From the human T2T-CHM13v2.0 reference genome, Homo sapiens, in assembly GCF_009914755.1 (NCBI RefSeq), contig NC_060929.1: a stretch of DNA of 64,000 nt. One strand, given 5' to 3'. Positions within the stretch are counted from its first letter, which is position 1. Every line of letters begins with the position of its first letter. The notes beneath the pieces were generated by a model. That model was not told where the DNA came from. It searched no databases and saw nothing but the letters and a program-made list of their open reading frames with translations. Positions 49,154-64,000 of the stretch are shown in pieces. Position numbers and translations under genes: made by a program.

Positions 49154-49872
<719 letters not shown>

Positions 49873-50411
49873 GCAAGTGAGTTAAAGCGGAGGAGAATGG
49901 CAAAAAAAGAGAAAAAAAAAGGCAAAAGAGACATGAATCTAAAAATGGAAAAGCAAACTGGAAAAATACTTTATATATGTGTACTGCAGATGGGATTAAT
50001 AACTTTATATATAAGCAGTTATCTAAGAAAAACATAAAAATTCCAAGAACAGTGGACAAATTATATGAATAGGAAAATCCACAAAATAAACAAAAATAAA
50101 AAATAAATAGATAACATGCATGGGAAATATGTTCAATTCAGTTGTCATTAAAAACTGTTGATTAAAATAAGAACTTATTTTTGGCTGATGGGTGAAAATA
50201 TAGTAAAATTGGTAATACTCAGGGCTGATGAGAGAGTACAGAAAACATATGCAAAGCTATCCTATCAACATTGTTTATAATACCAAAAGATTGGAAACAT
50301 CCTAAAGCTGTTAAGTAGACAATTCATTAAACACTATACTGTAGCCAAACGAGATAGTAGAGAATGATTAAAAATGATAACAAATAATGTTGATATAAAG
50401 AGCTGTTTTTT

Positions 50412-50734
<323 letters not shown>

Positions 50735-51034
50735 AAAGAGCTGTTTTTTATGTGTACTTTGATTACTTTCTGAAATAGTATGTGTATTTTTTTTAGAATA
50801 GATATCGCAGATATATATAAACAAAAATTTGAAGTTTCCCCTACTTACCTGCCCTTCCCTTCCATCTCATTCCCTGTTGTTAAAAATCTGAGCCTGGGCA
50901 ACATGGCAAAACCCTGTCTCTACAAAAAAAATACAAACATTAGCCGGGCATGGTAGCATGCATCTGTAGCCCCACCTACTCAGGAGGCTGAGGTGGGCAG
51001 GTCACTTGAGCCTGGGAGGTCTAGGCCGCAGTGA

Positions 51035-51295
<261 letters not shown>

Positions 51296-51493
51296 TAGTA
51301 GATGGGGTTTCTCCATGTTGGTCAGGCTGGTCTCAAACTCCTGACCTTAGGGAATCCACCCACCTCAGTCTCCCAAAGTGCTGGGATTACAGGTGTGAGC
51401 CACCACGCCCGGCCCCTGTCAGATAATTTTCTGTACAAATAAAATCATATATCCATGTGTCTACATAGGGATTTTTATTTGTGTCTACATATA

Positions 51494-52686
<1,193 letters not shown>

Positions 52687-52689
52687 TAA

Positions 52690-52887
<198 letters not shown>

Positions 52888-55123
52888 TGAAAATAATGAA
52901 TATATATTACTTTTTAATACTACTTTTACAACCATAATCAAATCTGTTTTCATTACAAAGGGAAAAAATAACCACAACTCTACTGGAAAACCTGTAAGCC
53001 AGAATTTGGTTGAGATCTCACTGATAAATGGTTATTACCCTTATGACCTCCTGCCATCTCATAGTCTGCAAGTTAATTTTAATATTCTATATTGTTGTAA
53101 ATGAAAATGTGAACTACATAAACTATACATATTTAAAGTGAATTGTGACTACATTTAGGATGTCTAGATGAGATGGAGCTTGCATTTTTCTGGTTTATTG
53201 ACTTGGATAGTTATTTCTAATAAATCCAGCAATAACAGGACAAATGAAAGCTACCACAACAGGAAGGAATTAAAAACCGCAATCATTTTGTTGCCATTTT
53301 TGTTATTGCCATAGGTGGTAAGATTGATTTCCTTTTTGAATCCAAGGAACTGAGCTATAAATGACCCTTCCAAGGTGAACACGGGGAGAAAGCCTTCTAT
53401 GCACAGTCAGCATTCTCTACCATCCATTTTGTTAGTCTGCAGGGCTGCAAGAAAAAGGGCCTTCATGGTGTGTAGATTGAGTTGTGGCTAAACTGGAGCA
53501 TTTACTTGGGCACCTCTACAGCCCCTTCAGTGTCCTTTTTCCTCTGAGGATGAATACTCTTCTACTCCCACACTCATTTTCTTTATAATATCTGCTTTCA
53601 GAAAAAGTCTGAAATGTACTTATAATGTGCCACCACCTAAATAGGGAACAAACCTAGGGAAGTGTTGGGGCTGGAATGATCAAGTCTGGCACAGTCTCTA
53701 GACCTTGACTAAATAACTGAAGATGAGAGCTCCAAGACAACCTGCCCCTATATCTATATAGAGTGATGAATTTGTAGCTATAATAAAATATTTTACCCAT
53801 AAAGTTCTGGCCCTATGGATGTGGGTGTTTTTATGCCTTTGTGGGTGTCTTTCTCTTCTATGTTTGGACTTGCTTTTTATGCCCCTATTTCTTTTTCTCT
53901 CTTCATTTCTTTTCTTTTCTCTTTACTTTTTCCTCTTAATTGGCCATAATATATTGTGAAAGCTGATTTCTTATTGACCTTATCAAGTAATTATATTTTC
54001 TATGTACTCTGTGTTAAGAATGAAACTCGGCTGGCACTTATTTGGAGGCTAGGGGTCAACTATGTTTTATATTCCATTATCACTAATTGACATTGCATTA
54101 TTCATTTATTGGTTTATTTCTCCTATTGTGTAAACACCCTGAGAGCTGGGCCTTGGTCTCATTCTCTGCTGTATCCCAATGGGGTCCACTCTGCAGCCAC
54201 AGGAGAGGTCCTTCATTTACCCTGTCCCAATCCCAATCCTTTCCTTTTCCCCTGAAAGTAACTACATCTTGAGTTTTATGTTCATTGCTTTCTTGCTTTC
54301 TTTATAGTTCTGTCGCCCATGATGCACCTCTAAACTCTGAAGCTTAATTTTCCTTCTAACTATATACATCTTTTAAGTCTCTTTTACCTACCCCTTCAAT
54401 CCCCTTTGCCCCACCTTTTTCAACTTACTTCTGAAAGAAACTGGGTTGTTTTATCTGACTTGTAGAGTTTCCCACATCTGTATTTTGCTGATTGCATTCC
54501 CATGTAATTTACACTTGTCTGTTTTCTGTATTTTCTATAAATTGGTAGTGAGATTATGGCCTTGATCAGATTCAGGTACAATTTTCAGGCTAGACTCCTT
54601 TGTAGGTGACTTGTAGAAAATATGTAATAACTGATTGTCTCTCTCTGTGTGATGTTGGCAACCACTGATCCATTAATTCATCAGAAATTGAAAACTTCTC
54701 TACTTCTACTTGCTTACTTTGTATAGAAAAGACAGAATAAATGCTTAATGAAAGTGCATCTTTAGGTGTACAATATATAAAACAAATATATACAAATAAG
54801 AGAACTTACTAACCACAGACCTACAGTGAAAGATCTACTAAAAAGACATACTTCAGTTAGAAGAACAGTAAACCCAGGAAGAAAAAATTAGATGTAAGCA
54901 AACATGAAAAGCATAGAAATTGATAAGTTGGTAAGTACAATTAACTATCAATATAAAAAATAATTTGAGGGTTAAAAATAATATGGGGGCCAGGTGCAGT
55001 GGCTCACGCCTGTAATCGCAGCACTTAGGGAGGCCAAGGCGGGCAGATCATCTGAGGCCAGGAGTTCGAGACTAGTCTGGCAGACATGGCAAAACCCCGT
55101 CTCTACTAAAAATATATAAATTA

Positions 55124-55267
<144 letters not shown>

Positions 55268-55823
55268 TCAAAAAAATAAATTAAAAATAAAAACAATAAT
55301 GTGGAAGTACTTACTAGGTAATTAAAGCTTGTTTAGGTTTGTGTCTTGTTCAGGAGAAGGAAAAAACACTGTGTATGTAATTGGAGACTTTATAGGAAAA
55401 ATGTAGAGATATTCATGTTAAAAAAAATAGAAATGCTATGCATAGCCTTAAAACCAACAAAGAAGGAAAGAAGAATATAGAAAATTTCATCAGTCCCAAA
55501 GAAGCAACAGGAATAAAAAGAGAAAAAGAAAAAAAGAAAAAGGGTAGTAAAGCAAAGACCTAAATTAGATGGTAAAAATAAATTTAAATATACCAGGATG
55601 ACTGACTATATAAGTTTATTAGATAGAATTCATTTACTAATAGATAAAAATCATCTCATTTGATTAACAAGCAAGCAAACAATAGTGTAAATAGTTCAAG
55701 GAGCCCACTTAAAACCATCCAGAAATTTCAAGATAAAAGTAAAGAAAAATATAACAATCAAATACTAATAAAAAAAAGAGTACGCAGAAATGCTAATAAC
55801 ATAATGGAATTAACAGCAAATGA

Positions 55824-56072
<249 letters not shown>

Positions 56073-56511
56073 TGATCCCCCCAATTCAGCCTCCCAAAGC
56101 GCTGGGATTACAGGCATGAGTCACGAATAAAATTTAAGATGAAAAGCTTCATTTGGGGTAAAAATGAAAACTTTTTAATGATAGAATAATTTAAGTCAGG
56201 CGTGGTGACTCGTACCTGTAATCCTAGCACTTTGGAAGCCTGAGGTGATCGGATTACTAGAGTTCAGGAGTTGGAGACCAGCCTGGGCAACATGACAAAA
56301 CCCCATCTCTACAAAAAGTACAAAAATTAGCCAGACGTGGTGGCGGGTGCCTGTAATCCCAGCTACTTTAGAGGCTGAAGTGGGAGGATTGTTTGAGCCC
56401 AGGATGCAGAGGTTGCAGTGAGCTGTGATCAAGCCACTGCACTCCAGCCTAGGGGGCAAAGTGAGAGTTTGTCTCAAAAAAAAAAAAAAAAAAGAAAAAG
56501 AAAGAAAGAAT

Positions 56512-56746
56512 AACTTAGTATGAACCAGCACATCCCCAGCTGTGGTGGCTACAGGAAGAAACTCCTGTTTGAGAAAAGCAGAGGGAAAAGTAAAGGGGAC
56601 TTTGTCTTGCACCTTAGGTACGATCTTGGCCACAGTGGGTGTAGAGCAAATAAGAAGGCTCTTAGAGTCCCTGAGTCCAGGCCTAGGCTCTTGGACTGCA
56701 TTTCTGGACCCACCCTGGGCTAGAGGGGAGCCTACTGCCCTGAAGG
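56512..56746 (+). mobile_element. Fragment of an old L1 5' region
   Basis: GAGAAAAGCAGAGGGAAAAGTAAAGGGGACTTTGTCTTGCACCTTAGGTAC...GCCCTGAAGG resembles recalled L1M/L1PB 5' UTR consensus. Confidence 0.6.
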
Positions 56747-56749
56747 CTG

Positions 56750-56780
<31 letters not shown>

Positions 56781-57353
56781 GAGATGGAGTCTGGAGTGCA
56801 ATGGCGGATCTCAGCTCACTGCAAGCTCCGCCTCCCAGGTTCACACCATTCTCCTGCCTTAGCCTCCCGAGCAGCTGGGACTACAGGCGCCCGCCACCAC
56901 GCCTGGCTAATTTTTTGTATTTTTAGTAGAGACGGGATTTAACCGTGTTAGCCAGGATGGTCTCGATCTCCTGACCTTGTGATCCGCCCGACTTGTCCTC
57001 CCAAAGTGCTGGGATTACAGGCTTGAGCCACAGCGCCCGGCCTTGAAGGCTGTTTTTGTCTGCTTGTTTGTTTTGTTTGTTTGTTTTGAGATGGCGTCTC
57101 ACTCTGTCGCCCAGGCTGGAGTGCAGTAGCACAATCTCTGTTCACCGCAACCTCCACCTCCTGGGTTTAAGCCATTCCCCTGCCTCAGCCTCCTGAGTAG
57201 CTTGGATTACAGGTGCCCACCACCACAGCCAGCTAATTTTTGTATTTTTAGCAGAGATGGGATTTCCTCATGTTGGCCAGATTGATCTTGAACTCCTGAC
57301 CTCAAGTGATTCTCCCGCCTCAGCCTCCCAAAGTGCTGGGATTGCAGGCGTAA

Positions 57354-60215
<2,862 letters not shown>

Positions 60216-61269
60216 TTAAAAGAATTTATCAGAAGAGATAGGAATAAAGAACCATAGTTGTAAAATAAATAAAAGGGAAAATGATAGAATTAGAAGGATG
60301 ATGAACCAAATCTCAATCAATGAAGAAGATGTTAACCCTCCTCTAACGAATAGATCAAGCTGGCTGAAAGAAATAAAATTAGTAAGCTAGATTGAATTGA
60401 TATAAAAGAAATAGAACAGAGCTTGCCACCTGATGGGCCACAAGGTACTGATCCCCATAAGCAATACAGTGGGCAGGGCAGGATCTGGGTTGCTGAAGCC
60501 TCTGCACCGTGACAGACTATATTAACATTAATCAAGCAAGGACATGGGGAGATGGAACTCTCATGTATTACTTGTGGAAGTCTAAATTGTTATAACTGTT
60601 TTTGGAGAGCTCTTTGGCATTATCAAAGTTGGAGATATGCGTTCTCAGCAATTCTACTTGTAAGTCTATACCCTAGAGAAACTTGCATGTGTGTGCATAA
60701 GTAGATATGAACAGGAACATTCCTTGCAGCGTTATTTTCAAACCTGGGAAACAACTGGAAGTAACTAACATGTCCATCAACAGGAAAGTGGATTTACTAA
60801 AATGAAATTCTAAATAGCAGTTAAATGATGTAGAGTAATGTATAAATATGAGATAAACTACAAATATATAATGTGATGAGAAAAGAGAGACTGCAGAATG
60901 TAATGATAACACTAAAAATTTTTTTTATGTGCTGTATTTTATTACATAAAATTACAATCAGTAAAATAATATACTAAATTAATTTTAATTTAATTTTAAC
61001 TAAAATTAAAAATGGTTTTCTTTTATGATAATGCAGAAAATTACTCTGAACACTTAACTCATGCGTCACTCAATATTATAAGTTAAACACTTATAAACAT
61101 TATGCAACTTACATTTTAATGTCCTTACTGTTCTAAAGGTCTTAAATAATGCTGACCTAATAAAATATTTCATATCTCTGATGTAGCAACAATTGATGCT
61201 ATCACATGTGAATACAATAGAAATGAAAAAACAGCATGAAGTAATTTGTGAGTTCAATTACATCATTTA

Positions 61270-61742
<473 letters not shown>

Positions 61743-62940
61743 TTAGTGTAATAGCTGAAGTGTCAGGACCACATGTTGATTTTAGCTGAATTGTCCTTCA
61801 CTTTGTTTTTCATTTATAAATACATTCAAGTCAAGCCAGGTTTGCATGACTTAGGTAGAATTAATCAGTCAACAATTGCACCTTTATTGAATATTATCTC
61901 TGCAAGGTACTGTAGGAAATTCAAAATAAATATAAGACATTTTCCTTATTCTCAAAGAATTTAAAATCTAATCCCAGGCTGGGCATGGTGGCTCATGCCT
62001 GCAATCCCAGCACTTTGGGAGGCTGAGGCAGGAGGACTGCTTGAGCTCAGGAGTTTGAGACCAGCCTGGGCAACATGGCAAAACCTCATCTCTATAAAAA
62101 ATACAAAAATTAGCTGGACGTGGTGACACATACCTGTAGTCCCAGCTACTCGGGAGGCTAAGATGGGAGGATTGCTTGAGGCTGCAGTGAGCCATGATTG
62201 CGCCACTGCACTCCAATCCTAGAGGTAAGACCAACAGAGAACAATAAAACCATGTGTGGTCTACCTTGTATGCTATGTGTTATGAGAATTTAGAAAAGTT
62301 GGAGATCAGGGTGGGCTCTGGTAGCAGTTGATAAAGGATCATGAAGTGAGTGAAATCCGAGCTGGGTTTTTAAAAATAAGAATTTACCCTGGTGCAGAGA
62401 TGGAATTTAAAAGTAAGACTTTCCTTGAGTTATGTTCTTGTTCCATATCTGAGGAATATGCACTTCTGTCAACCATTGTACTGGATTTAAAAGCAACTCA
62501 ACCCATTAAATATTGGTCCAGTGGGGAACCTTGGGATTGGGTAACTCAGTGCTTGGTTCTTTCTCTGCCCCAACTCTTTACTAGGTTGGAAACCTAAATT
62601 GGAGTAAAGATCATTCCATCCTTCTTTCTCTCCCCTCAGAATCTGATATAACTTATGGCAAGGAGCTATACCCATTCAGATGTACAAAAGTGAAAACAAG
62701 AATTTACTAAACACATGTTGAGGTTTAGTAGACATGGACAGTCAGGATTCAGAGGGTCCGTAAAATGGAACGTCAGGCTTGAAGTCTGTTCTCTCTGGCT
62801 TTCCCATCTCTTTCTTCCCTTTCTTTTTCTGTGTCAATTCCTTGTCTTTGTTGTGTGGCTTCCTCTGTTCGCTTGAAGATAACCGAAAATGTCAGCCTTG
62901 ATCTATCTAAACTTTATTGATTGATTTTTTTTTTTTTTAA

Positions 62941-63075
<135 letters not shown>

Positions 63076-63187
63076 TAGATGCACATTTCTTTTGCTTTTG
63101 CAAGTTCACTTCTTGGAATTTGTACTGTAGATGCTCATACAAATGTGCAAAAGCTAAAAGTATCAATATCTTTGGGAAAAAAACTGA

Positions 63188-63448
<261 letters not shown>

Positions 63449-64000
63449 TAGCCAAGATGGTCTGGATCTCCTGACCTCATGATGCGCCCGCCTCGGCCTC
63501 CCAAAGTGCTGGGATTACAGGCATGAGCCACCACACCCAGCCTTTTTTCTTTTTCCTTTTCTTTTTTTTTTTTTTTTTTTGAGAGGGAATCTCGTTCTGT
63601 CGCCCAGGCTGGAGTGCAGCGGCGCGATCTCAGCTCACTGCAACCTCCATCTCCTGGATTCAAACGATCCTCCCAAGTAGCTGGGATTATAAGCATGTGC
63701 AACCACGCCAGCTGCTTTTTTTTTTTTTTTTTTTTTAGCAGAGATGGGGTTTCACCATGTTAGTCAGACTGGTCTCAAACTCCTGACCTCAAGTGATCTG
63801 CCAACCTCGGCTCCGAAAGTGCTGGGATTACAGGTGTGAGCCACCGCACCCAGTCAAATTATGGTACAGTCATTCAGTACATTTCTAGTGGTCACCAATA
63901 TTTCTTTTCTTTTTCTTTCTTCTTTCTTTTCTTTTTATTTTGAGACAGGGTCTTGCTCTTTCACCCAGACTGGAGTACAGTGGTGCGATCACAGCTCACT

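Overview
Primate genomic DNA, almost certainly human chr5q22 given the AluYb8 and a REEP5 translation matching the human protein. It holds the 5' half of REEP5 (DP1/TB2) on the minus strand: CpG-island promoter and coding exons 1-3 (118, 94 and 139 nt, all GT-AG, phases consistent); exons 4-5 lie left of the window. Nested antisense in REEP5 intron 3 is an intronless ZRSR2 retrocopy (ZRSR2P1/ZRSR1) with an intact 479/489-aa ORF, poly(A) tail and target-site duplication (TSD). The rest is repeat-dense intron and upstream intergenic DNA: about 60 Alus including a young AluYb8, MaLR LTRs, L1 fragments, DNA-transposon relics, MIR/L2 and a tailless U2 snRNA fragment. The best candidate system is the retrocopy sitting a few nt behind a well-formed 3' splice site, with an extra in-frame ATG supplied by its own TSD, suggesting expression by splicing from an upstream plus-strand gene (likely SRP19, outside the window). 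Two local inverted-duplication/template-switch structures (about 26.5-27.0 kb and 51.5-52.5 kb) also stand out. Nearly all other ORFs are repeat or GC-content artefacts. Repeat subfamily names are from recalled consensus sequences, not from a search, and repeat boundaries are approximate unless a TSD is given.
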